Part shown: in pieces, positions 11,166 through 22,500 of the stretch
How the letters are laid out: each line of letters begins with the position of its first letter
How positions within the stretch are numbered: the stretch's first letter is position 1
NCBI GenBank assembly: GCA_964016885.1
Contig: OZ024740.1
Location: 371,504,001-371,568,000, forward strand
Source of the DNA: Eledone cirrhosa
Taxonomy: Eukaryota
Direction of reading: 5' to 3'
DNA: 64,000 nucleotides
Program-made: the position numbers and the translations under genes
Notes under the pieces: generated by a model
The model's database searches: none
What the model saw: the letters and a program-made list of their open reading frames with translations, nothing else
What the model was told of the DNA's origin: nothing

Positions 11166-11366
11166 CTTCTTCTTCGGCCACTTATTCTTGAGAGGGTCGT
11201 GGGGGCAGAGTCCTCAAACACTCCTTCCAGTGGTTCCTGTCAGAAAGAACCGCCTCCAACTGATCTGGCTGGATCCCCAAGCGAGACCAGATAAGCTCAT
11301 GGATGTTATCCAACCATCCTGTTCGTGGTCTTCTCCTGGGTCTCCAGCCTGTTGGTTTTGCCCGCA
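11166..11366 (-). mobile_element. 5'-truncated RTE-clade (Expander/Rex3-like) LINE 3' end
   Basis: Translates as KPTGWRPRRRPRTGWLDNIHELIWSRLGIQPDQLEAVLSDRNHWKECLRTLPPRP*; (GAA)n tail. Confidence 0.85.
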
Positions 11367-11455
11367 AAAAAAAAAAAAATATATATATATATATGCACAC
11401 ACGCACACAAATATATATATGGGTGTGAGTGTACGGTGTATATATGGGTGTAAGT

Positions 11456-11598
11456 GTAACGAAACCTCAGTAGTAACAAGTGGATATAACAATAGCCATA
11501 AGACTGTAATGACAACGACCGCACCACTAGTCACGGTAATGACCACCGCAGAAACCACTGTAGGAAGCACAAAATGATCATGAGAATATATATATATA

Positions 11599-11629
<31 letters not shown>

Positions 11630-12028
11630 TGCTTTATTTTAACGTTCTATTTTAACGTTTAATGTCCAGCTTTAACAAGTTTTATGCATGTTAACAGTTT
11701 GTTATGTCTTAATAAGATTCAAAATTAGTAAAGAACGAATAAAATTCAATTTTGAATAGTACTCCACCACATAACTGGTACATAATGTGAACCACTCAGC
11801 ACGTAATTATATTGGCGCAATGTTTCCAAGCCTGTGAGGATAAGTGTGTTAGTTATCATTGTGAAGGTCTCTCTTGTGAACACTGCCACAGTGGTTATTC
11901 TCATGATCATTTTGTGCTTACTACAGTGGTTTCTGCGGCGATGATTACCGTGACTAGTGGTGCGTCGTTGTCATTAACAGTTTTATGGCTATTGTTATAT
12001 CCACTTGTGACTACTGAAGTTTCGTTAT
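11456..12028. repeat. Inverted repeat pair of about 133 bp (11456-11588 and 11896-12028), probably a PLE-type 3' UTR with an inverted partial copy
   Basis: GAAACCTCAGTAG...ATGATCATGAGAATA versus TATTCTCATGATCAT...CTACTGAAGTTTC; about 90% identity. Confidence 0.75.
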
Positions 12029-12134
12029 CATACTCTACTTTTATTTCACAGTTCATTACGTGTTAAAATGTGCATTCAATTTGTTGTCTTTGATGTGAAA
12101 AGTTAAAATAACGTAAATATTCACAATAACATAT

Positions 12135-12696
<562 letters not shown>

Positions 12697-13574
12697 TACT
12701 TACTGACACAAAACAAAGTAGCAAATATATAAGGAAGCATACAAGGAAACCAAACGTACAGACGAACAAAACAAACTCATTCCCAAATAGATAAACAAAA
12801 TTAATCAAATTCATCGAACAACAACATTTTTAATTTGACATTCAAACGAATGCTTTTAAAGTTAATGGTATTTACAAGATTTGTTTGAAAAGTTTTAGAC
12901 TGAACTTACTGATCAGGTGCGGCAACAGTAATTCTTAAAATAAAATTCTCGTGGTTCCATTTAACTTATGTTCACATAATTTTCTTTCTTATTTACTTAC
13001 TTATACACTTTCCTTCTTCTCTTTATTTCTTTGTTCCAAAGATATTTTAATAAAATTATTATTAAATATGTGTTTATTATAATCAATGATCAAAATTGGA
13101 AAACATTTGTTTATTATAGATTTAGAATTGCGTGATGTTTTGAAGATGGCTGGTGAAAGTTTACCAGATGTTTACATATAGAGAAAATTAAAATAGATAT
13201 ACAAGATATACAACAAAAATTTCATACCATATTAATATTTATAGTAAATATTAACACGTTATTATAATCATCATTATGATGATGATGATGATGTTGATGA
13301 TCGTTATCATAATCACTACGATAAATATGGGGATGAAGATCATCATAATCATCATCCACATTATTAATTTTGTTATTATTTTTATCACACAATGTCGAGC
13401 TCTATCATTGGAAAATGAAAAATAAAGATATCTTCTCAACATGACTATAAACTTGAGATAGAAAATAACAGTTATGATATTGGGTGGGTCACTAGTGAGG
13501 CTCACGTTAGTGCAGACTTCACTAGATTTACCTCCACCACAACTATGTCAACGTTTCAATCTATCTTTAATTAA

Positions 13575-13643
13575 ACTACTACTACTACTACTACTACTAC
13601 TTCTGCTGCTGCTGCTGCCGCCGCCACCACCACCACCACCACC

Positions 13644-13697
<54 letters not shown>

Positions 13698-13800
13698 ACT
13701 ACTACTACTACTACTTCTGCTGCTGCTGCTGCTGCCACCACCACCACCACCACCACCACCACCACCAGTATTACTACTACTACTACTACTACTACAACAA
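13575..13800. repeat. Compound trinucleotide microsatellite (ACT)n(GCT)n(CCA)n, internally duplicated
   Basis: Direct reading; this is the source of the poly-L/P/S/G/V ORFs. Confidence 0.95.
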
Positions 13801-14197
13801 ACACAACAATATTTATAGTAACAATAATAACAATAGTAAGCAATAGCAATAGTGAGACCACTCACAATAACATCTGTTAATGTCTCAGTTTACGTTAAAA
13901 ACAAATTAGATAGCTTTACTGTAAAGAACAAAACAACATTTTCAGACACTAAATAACAAAGAAAAAATGAAAAACAAACAAGCAATAATGAAACTCTCAC
14001 AATGTTATCTGTATTTTAGAGTGAACCTTTCAACGACCTTCGGGGCAGCTAGCGGAGATATTCAAAAAGAAACTATTCATTCTGATGTAATTTTGTTAGA
14101 TAATATTTGTGTAATCTCGCACTGCGAAACAGAACATCATTCCATTTAAAATAAATTCAATTTAATGAGTAGTTAAAGAAAATGTCAAGCAGAACAT

Positions 14198-14435
14198 TAA
14201 TATTGATTTCTAGATTTGGCACACAGGTGATAGAACTTGTAGGAATGAAGCCAACGAAAAGAAAGCAACCCTTAGTAGAGTACTGGTTCCCGTACGTATA
14301 ATATCATGAACTTTGGAGAATGAAAAGCGAAGTTAGTGTACCCAAGCGGGATTTGAACTCAAGGTGAAAAGAGTTAGCGTTCCTAAATACAAAAGAAGAT
14401 ATTTGGTACAGCGTCTATCGAATCGTCATTCATCA
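14198..14435 (-). mobile_element. Old, diverged copy of the tRNA-derived SINE
   Basis: GCGGGATTTGAACTC (B box, reverse), ATGAAAAGCGAAGTT and TTTCTAGATTTGGCAC remnants. Confidence 0.6.
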
Positions 14436-14712
14436 CACTCATTTTCAGCGTTCTATATTGCCTCAGTGCAGTGTCTGTTTAAACAATCTTATCGAATGAA
14501 CAACATATTATACAATATATAAAGCATAATAAATTCCGTATTGGTTGGTTTTTGAAGTGTAGTTCGAAAGAAAAAAAAAGGTGCCTACAGTTAATCTTTG
14601 AAATAGGAGTTACTCACACAGCGGAATGAACCGGGACTTAAATAATCTGCTTGAACAACCACATAGACTTCAAAGTGACTTCAGAAAGATGTAGACACAC
14701 ACTAACACACAC

Positions 14713-14902
<190 letters not shown>

Positions 14903-14930
14903 ATTATTACTATATATATATATATATTAT

Positions 14931-14976
<46 letters not shown>

Positions 14977-15498
14977 ACTAGAAATAGATTGACATATATA
15001 TATATATATATATAAAATAAACATATGGAACAATCACAAGGGATAATTTGTAAAGTATGTAAGCACACATAGCTAGGTAGTTAACTAATTAAAGTTTAAC
15101 TACAACTTCAAATATAGATGATACCTTTTAAAATGCTTAATCTCCTTTGTATATATTTCTTTAAATAAAAAATATATTTCACCAATTAATCAGTAAATCA
15201 TAGTAGTCAAATGCTGGATAGTCACCAAAGGAGAAGAAATAACTATCTGCGTTTACAAAGCAAATGCAAATCTGTGAATGATTCAAACCACGTGTTGCAT
15301 TTAAAAAAAATACACACATCGCACAGCGTCATCCCAGTGGCGTGATTAGGATTATCGACAGCTAGAAATAGCAGTCGAGTCCATTCAACTGAGTTAGCTC
15401 TACAATTAAGGGGCCGTTTATATATCCAAAATTAAATTAAGGGTTGTCATGTCTGAGAGACATGCGGACATGACAACCCTTAATTTAAAATTTAATTT

Positions 15499-15554
<56 letters not shown>

Positions 15555-15559
<5 letters not shown>

Positions 15560-16275
15560 GAATAATCGAGTATCGAAAAATCGGCGCACGAGTTCACGAT
15601 AAACAAAATTCGACATGAGTGGCAGAGGGCTCAATAATTCAGAGAAATCAGAGCTATAACTATCGTTAAAATACCAACACACATAGATTATGTCTAAAAT
15701 CAACCATACGACCGAAAAATTACGATCAGGAAGATTCGGGTCACTCAGATAAAATATCAATAAATCAATAAATCATGTGAATGTAAAAAGCTTACCCGGA
15801 CCCACTAGAAAGATGGTAAATCTAGCTTCTTGGGTTTCTGTAAATCCTTAAACCGCCCACTATCAGCCCACATAAAAATATATAAGACTTCTAGAGAGCG
15901 GCGGACAGGAAATACTTTATCAACGAGCTTTGTCCAGACGAATAAAAAAGCCAACCCTAGCTGAAAACGCACATGGAATCCAGCAAGGGAGATAACCTCT
16001 ATATCCGCGAAAAATATTCGGAAATGTGGAAAATCACATATCGAATAAGAGTGCTCAATAGACATGTTAAAATAAACAGGAGCTATTCATCATTTAATAG
16101 AATCGACAAAATATGAACAATAAAATTAACTGGTCAATAGCTAAGTCTAGAGCTAAATATAGTAGAATAATCGAGTATCGAAAAATCGGCGCACGAGTTC
16201 ACGATAAACAAAATTCGACATGAGTGGCAGAGGGCTCAATAATTCAGAGAAATCAGAGCTATAACTATCGTTAAA
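15555..16275. mobile_element. Unclassified element: 605-bp unit with a 116-bp terminal direct repeat, in (TA)n
   Basis: 15555-15670 is identical to 16160-16275; a diverged homologue lies at about 17478-17890. Confidence 0.7.
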
Positions 16276-16436
16276 TATATATATTGTTATGCTTTGGGAG
16301 GGTCATGTTGCCAATAAGAAACACACGCACCAGTTGCTTTCACTTCAATTTATTATAAATTAAATTTATAAATTTAGGAATTTATAAATTTCCGGTTGGT
16401 TGGTTGGTTCCACAACCAGACGATTGTTCATATATT

Positions 16437-16479
16437 GTCAAAGTTCTTTCGTCACACATTCTGTGACCTCTTCAGTGAC
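16437..16479 (-). ncRNA. Minimal type I hammerhead motif (family A), left arm
   Basis: Reverse complement of 16607-16649. Confidence 0.68.
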
Positions 16480-16606
16480 TGGGGATTCTTTTCTTTGTTT
16501 CTGTGTTTTTGTGCCTCTCCTTTGTTCTGTCCTACGCCGAACAAGATGGCGTAGGACAGAACAAAGGAGAGGCACAAAAACACAGAAACAAAGAAAAGAA
16601 TCCCCA

Positions 16607-16649
16607 GTCACTGAAGAGGTCACAGAATGTGTGACGAAAGAACTTTGAC
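16607..16649 (+). ncRNA. Minimal type I hammerhead motif (family A), right arm
   Basis: GTCA-CTGAAGA-G-GTCAC(agaatgt)GTGAC-GAA-AG(aa)CT-T-TGAC. Confidence 0.68.
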
Positions 16650-16857
16650 AATATATTAACAATCGTCTGGTTGTGGAACCAACCAATCAACCGGAAATTT
16701 ATAAATTCCTAAATTTATAAATTTAATTTATAATAAATTGAAATGAAAGCGACTGGTGCGTGTGTTTTATATTGGCAACATGACCATCCCAAAGCATAAC
16801 AATATCGGTTTCAACACACGTTTTCAGATAAAGAATCTTGCTAAACAAATTTAGAAA

Positions 16858-16892
<35 letters not shown>

Positions 16893-16909
16893 TGTATATA
16901 TCACGCACA

Positions 16910-17305
<396 letters not shown>

Positions 17306-17333
17306 ATAATAATAAATTTGAAAATTAAAATCC

Positions 17334-17388
17334 AAAGTTTCAGAAGATCCCGTTAAGGGTGAAAGCAGCGATTCTTTGCTTAAACTTT
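17334..17388 (+). ncRNA. Type I hammerhead motif with one core substitution, in an insert of about 105 bp between (TA)n tracts
   Basis: AAAGTTT-CaGAAGA-T-CCC(gttaa)GGG-T-GAA-AGCA(gcgattctt)TGCT-T-AAACTTT. Confidence 0.72.
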
Positions 17389-17402
17389 AATCTGTAATTT
17401 TA

Positions 17403-17477
<75 letters not shown>

Positions 17478-17479
<2 letters not shown>

Positions 17480-17890
17480 AATATAAATTACCGAGAATCG
17501 TATTTCGGCTATTGGAAATTAGCGAAAAACAACTTCCGAGATGTGTGGCGAGCGCTCCATAGAAGCTAGTGAACTAGAGCAACGACATAAGTTAAAAGGC
17601 CAAACACACTGAGACGATGGTTAAACCTTTATCCGCACAGCCATAGAAACGACCAAGTAATTCGGGTCAAACAAATAAAATATGATTGAAAATTATACCC
17701 GGACCCCTGGAAGGTTGGTAAAATCCAGTATTGGGTTTCTGCAACTCCTAAATCAAGTACTGTCTGCTTAGACAAATAAGGTTAAGCTTTTGGTATGATG
17801 ATCGAACAAGGAAGTCACTTTTTCAACAGGCTTTTAGTTCAGTGCCAAGCCAAGGACTGACCGTTATCAAAACCCACGTGGGGTTTGACA
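17478..17890. mobile_element. Diverged relative of the 15555-16275 element
   Basis: Shared collinear blocks TACCCGGACCC, TTGGGTTTCTG, GTGGC(A)GAG.GCTC and TTCGGGTCA; flanked by (TA)n. Confidence 0.55.
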
Positions 17891-17978
17891 TATATATAAA
17901 TATATATGTATATATAAATACATACGTCTATTTGAACACACACACACGCGCGCACACATACACAAACAAATATATATA

Positions 17979-18066
17979 CAAAAAAGTGTATACACACATC
18001 ACAGCATTGTAATAAATATTGCCTGTACAGGTAATCAAAGTGTGTATACATTTTTGGGGACACCTT

Positions 18067-18069
<3 letters not shown>
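17979..18069. mobile_element. Tc1/mariner-like MITE remnant
   Basis: The right end reverse-complements to TA-CAAGGTGTCCCCAAAAATGTATACACAC; a partial left TIR reads CAAAAAAGTGTATACACAC. Confidence 0.5.
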
Positions 18070-18148
<79 letters not shown>

Positions 18149-18514
18149 GTCCATTCCATTACTTTTCATTTCGGTTCAAGGACTGCTGTCCGAACGATTT
18201 TATCTATTTTTTTCTATTTTCATACACGGCTACATATGTTGCACATTATATTCTGTTTCGAAAACATTGCTTTTTGTTTTCAGTTTGGAAAATACTGTGG
18301 CATATGTACACTTTCTGTCTCCCTTGTTAATCTAAAGATAAAATCATATTTGATATTATGGTATGGTGTGTCTCGTCTTTTACTTCAATCCCTAGCGACT
18401 AATTTTTCTTAGCTGCATTGGGATCAACTGCCGTATACACATACCCGCCAAAAATCGTGGCGGATAGTTGATGAAACAAGAATATTTCTGCTCGTCCGTT
18501 TTCCCTGATATTAC

Positions 18515-18556
<42 letters not shown>

Positions 18557-18670
18557 GGGACTGTAACGTAAAGTTAATGTTAGATCACCAAAGTGACCAC
18601 TCGATGCGTAGTATATCTATCTAACTATCTTTGTGGCTAATAAAGAAATTTATCTATCTATCTATCTATT

Positions 18671-18982
18671 TACTATGAAAGTTGGGTGAAAGTGGCGAGA
18701 ATGGCCCGAGTGAATGGGCCTTCTCTCTATATCAGCCTGTAGGTGAGAGAGGAGAAGAAGGAGGAGAGGAAGGGAGCACCCGCTCTTTGTGCTCATGAGG
18801 AGGAGGGTTGCACATTTTTTCGGGGGTGTGTGCGACCCACGTCAACGCCGCCTCCCTATTGAGGACTTCGATTGTTGAATTTGATTTGTTATATATTTTT
18901 ACACGTCCCTTGAAATGTATGTAAACTCCCCCTCTTGTATTTGTCCCAATCTTTGATGCCCTGGTGGCAAATGAATAGAAAG
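18671..18982 (+). mobile_element. L1/Tx1-like LINE 3' end in a (TATC)n microsatellite, copy 1
   Basis: Short ORF end YESWVKVARMARVNGPSLYISL*, then a 3' UTR and an A-rich terminus; flanked by TATC repeats. Confidence 0.55.
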
Positions 18983-18995
18983 TTATCTATCTATC

Positions 18996-19303
18996 TACTA
19001 TGAAAGGTGGGTGAAAGTGGCGAGAATGGCCCGAGTGAATGGGCCTTCTCTCTATATCAGCCTGTAGGTTGAGGAAAAAGAGGAAGAGAGGAAAAGGGTA
19101 CTCACTCTTCGTACTCCTGGAGATGAGGGTTGCACATTTTTTCGGGGGTATGTGTTACCCATATGTAATGTCTCCCCCTATTGGGGAAAATCGATTAATT
19201 TTCAAATTGCATTTGTGATAGTATTTTACACGTTTTTATTGTATGTAAACTTCCCCCTTTGTATTTGTCCCCTTCTTTTGTGCCCCTGTGGCTAATAAAG
19301 AAA
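18996..19303 (+). mobile_element. L1/Tx1-like LINE 3' end in a (TATC)n microsatellite, copy 2
   Basis: YERWVKVARMARVNGPSLYISL*; ends GTGGCTAATAAAGAAA followed by (TATC)n. A third 19-bp terminus lies at 18630-18648. Confidence 0.58.
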
Positions 19304-19567
19304 CATATCTATCTATCTACTATCTAATATATATATTACACACACACACACACATATATATATATATTATAAAATAACAGGAGTCTGGACTGACACCAGT
19401 ACAACCTCCTGTTATTTTATAATAATTAACTCCGTACTTGCACCACCAACTACACAAACGAAGCCGGGTGAGTTGCATTACGTTGAGTGCTCTCCATAAT
19501 ATTACATCGACGTTGACCATACGGAATGACCAGTTCTACCCAGTGGTGAACCAACAAACCTAAATCA

Positions 19568-19675
<108 letters not shown>

Positions 19676-19997
19676 TTAAAAGTTAAACAAGGTTCAATGA
19701 ATAAATCAAAGAATGAGTTTTACAATAGATTGGAAGCACTCAACAGTTTTGGTTTTCCTCTATGCTTTCCTTTCTTTTCTTTGCTCTTTCTTCAGTAATT
19801 TAAATTTTTTTAACTGTTATATTGATGCCAAGTATTATTTAAGCTGTCTCACACGCACCCTCTCTATTATATGTATTATATATTTTTCTCATGTTCTCAA
19901 TATTAAGGTATATAAATATTGAGTTTTGTCATATATTACTCACTACCATGACTGAATCTTAACCATCTACTATGTCAGGGTATGTCATACATCATCT

Positions 19998-20064
19998 TAT
20001 TTTATATGATGAGGACGTACTGTTGAAGTTAACTCAGTACCTCTGAAATATGTATAATAAAATA
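19998..20064 (+). ncRNA. Type I hammerhead motif with a C3>A substitution (same family as 9965-10026)
   Basis: TATTTTAT-aTGATGA-GGAcGTACTG(12 nt)CAGTACcTCT-GAA-ATATGTAT-A-ATAAAATA. Confidence 0.7.
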
Positions 20065-20104
20065 TACTTGATCACAAGAATATCTATTTTGTTAATATTT
20101 TGAA

Positions 20105-20202
<98 letters not shown>

Positions 20203-20373
20203 TTATATATATATTTATATATATATATATTTATAAGGTATAGGATTATCCAAGATGTAGTAATGGTTAATTACTACACTGGATATGGTTGACGTACGGT
20301 AAGAGGTTACTCTACGAGTTATGGAAGAATTGTTCAAGAAACTTAGTTCCTGATCCTTCAGTATTCCGGAGTG

Positions 20374-20764
20374 TATATAAAGAATGAATAATAACAGGTA
20401 GACATCATAAAAAGGTAATTTATTCCGTGTGCTTACAAGTGTTTCCACGGTGGTACTGCAGCCTAGTTATGCTACGTGCAAATTCACAAGTACTTGCAGA
20501 ACTCGAATATCCAATGCTGTGACCACTGTTTCCTCAGAGCAGAATGGTAAATGTACAATGTAAATACCCTTAAGTGGGGTTGTTGGGGAAGATAGAGTAG
20601 AAAAGGAAGAGAGAAAAGTAGGGAAGAGGGAGAGAGAAAGAAAGATATGCAGGGGTTGTAGAAGTAGGAGAGAAGGCTGCAGTACCACCGTGGAAACACT
20701 TGTAAGCACACGGAATAAATTACCTTTTTATGATGTCTACCTGTTATTATTCATTCTTTATATA
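20374..20764. repeat. 91-bp inverted repeats (20374-20464 and 20674-20764) enclosing a decayed hammerhead-like motif (20470-20541, minus strand)
   Basis: The arms are exact. The minus strand reads TGCT-CTGAGGA...TGCAAGT/ATTTGCA-CGT-AGCA, but the GAAA box is degenerate. Confidence 0.7.
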
Positions 20765-20796
20765 TATATTTATATATATATATTTATATATATATA

Positions 20797-21478
20797 TATT
20801 ATAAATGTAAGCTATCGCCGTATTTTGACTAAAGAAATTAAAGAAATTATTTAGCCTGATAGTGGGGTTAAGAACCCTCGGAGAAATGGAAAAAGATGAG
20901 TATTGACGTACATGCACGTCAATACTCATCTTTTTCCATTTCTTTTATTGACGTACATGTACGTCAATACTCATCTTTTTCCATTTCTTTTATTGACGTA
21001 CATGTACGTCAATACTCATCTTTTTCCATTTCTTTTATTGACGTACATGTACGTCAATACTCATCTTTTTCCATTTCTTTTATTGAAGTACATGTACGTC
21101 AATACTCATCTTTTTCCATTTCTTTTATTGACGTACATGTACGTCAATACTCATCTTTTTCCATTTCTTTTATTGAAGTACATGTACGTCAATACTCATC
21201 TTTTTCCATTTCTTTTATTGACGTACATGTACGTCAATACTCATCTTTTTCCATTTCTTTTATTGACGTACATGTACGTCAATACTCATCTTTTTCCATT
21301 TCTTTTATTGACGTACATGTACGTCAATACTCATCTTTTTCCATTTCTTTTATTGACATACATGTACGTCAATACTCATCTTTTTCCATTTCTCCGAGGG
21401 TTCTTAACCCCACTATAAGGCTAAATAATTGCTTTAATTTCTTTAGTCAAAATACGGCGATAGCTTACATTTATAATA
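20797..21478. repeat. Fold-back with 116-bp arms whose centre is expanded into ten 45-bp tandem repeats
   Basis: Unit TATTGACGTACATGTACGTCAATACTCATCTTTTTCCATTTCTTT; palindrome centres every 45 bp from 20912 to 21362. Confidence 0.93.
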
Positions 21479-21516
21479 ATTTCAAACTCGCTCGCTGATT
21501 CTAAAATATTAGTACT

Positions 21517-21552
<36 letters not shown>

Positions 21553-21853
21553 AGTATATAAATTTAACATGTGTTCTCAGATACTTAGAACCTTCCAATA
21601 GAGAGATCCTGATACTTTACCATTCTATTCTCTGCATTTCCGTCACAAATTCCTTCAAGAAATACCAGATAAAGAACTTACATCCAAATATGTTTTTACC
21701 AAAACACACTCTCTACATGAGTGGGCTACGGTGCTTTAAGTACGATTCCGATTTGATTTATGCGTCACCACATGCGCGCACACACGCCCCCCCCCCACAC
21801 GCACGCACACACGCACACACGCACACACGCACGCGCGCACACACACACACACA

Positions 21854-21940
<87 letters not shown>

Positions 21941-21974
21941 TTACAGTAGTATAGTTTGATATAAGTATATCCAC

Positions 21975-22500
21975 AAGTAGAAGAGCATAAAATCCGTGGA
22001 AAACGTTTGTGGTATATAGATATTTATTGTATTAAGTATGGTGTCATTTAGACACAATTGTTCCTCTATTCGTCCATTTCAGTAGATTCACTGAGAAACT
22101 CCAGTTCTTGGACCTATACAGACGCTATTGTAAAGGCTGCAATCTTTTACTTCAGATATGAAAGTGCTCAAAAAAAAAGCAGAAAGATAAAAAGTATATA
22201 GGGCGAGGTTTTGTAGGGTTACAAAGTAAATGTAAGGAGGGCAATTCGGTTGGTGATAAACGGGAAACACCAAGTTAGTCTTGGTGAAAATAAGAAAGAG
22301 ATTGGGATTTAAGAAGATCCATGTGCCAGTAAATAAGAGATATCGGAACTCACGTGTGGCATCCGTGGTATCTATAGTTTTTAATTCCGGTGTGGGTCGA
22401 ATTTTCCAGTTCTTGAATATAAAATTGTGTGTGTTGGTTGGCGAGTTTCAGCGTTTGAAGAAGCCGGTCATTGTGTTAAGACTGTTTGTAGAGTTGTGTA
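21975..22500 (-). mobile_element. Possible degenerate PLE 3' end abutting the satellite
   Basis: Minus-strand QFYIQELE...TGIK resembles the GIY-YIG terminal motif (WI..L.T..P.GLN). It is followed by a UTR with AATAAA. Confidence 0.35.

Larger units (their letters stand above)
16281..16805. repeat. Long palindrome (258-bp arms, 9-bp spacer) built from the family A PLE 3' end
   Basis: 16281-16538 is the reverse complement of 16548-16805; it matches 1715-1834 plus 4300-4398. Confidence 0.93.

Noticed and set aside
11826-11876. Hammerhead-like remnants here, at 18405-18483, at 20325-20370 (minus) and at 20856-20890
   Set aside because: A stem II is plausible, but the core boxes need several changes. 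Too degenerate to call.
12903-14092. Possible host exons (minus-strand GTAAGT donor at about 12909; plus-strand AG...GT segment 14020-14086)
   Set aside because: No consistent reading frame or recognisable protein; RNA-seq would be needed
20896-21498. 45-bp palindromic repeats as a CRISPR array or a repeat protein
   Set aside because: There are no unique spacers, no cas genes, and the context is eukaryotic. The ORFs arise only because 45 is divisible by 3.
21555-21740. CR1/L2-like LINE remnant (QILRTFQ*RDP)
   Set aside because: Only one short motif, with a stop codon; insufficient support
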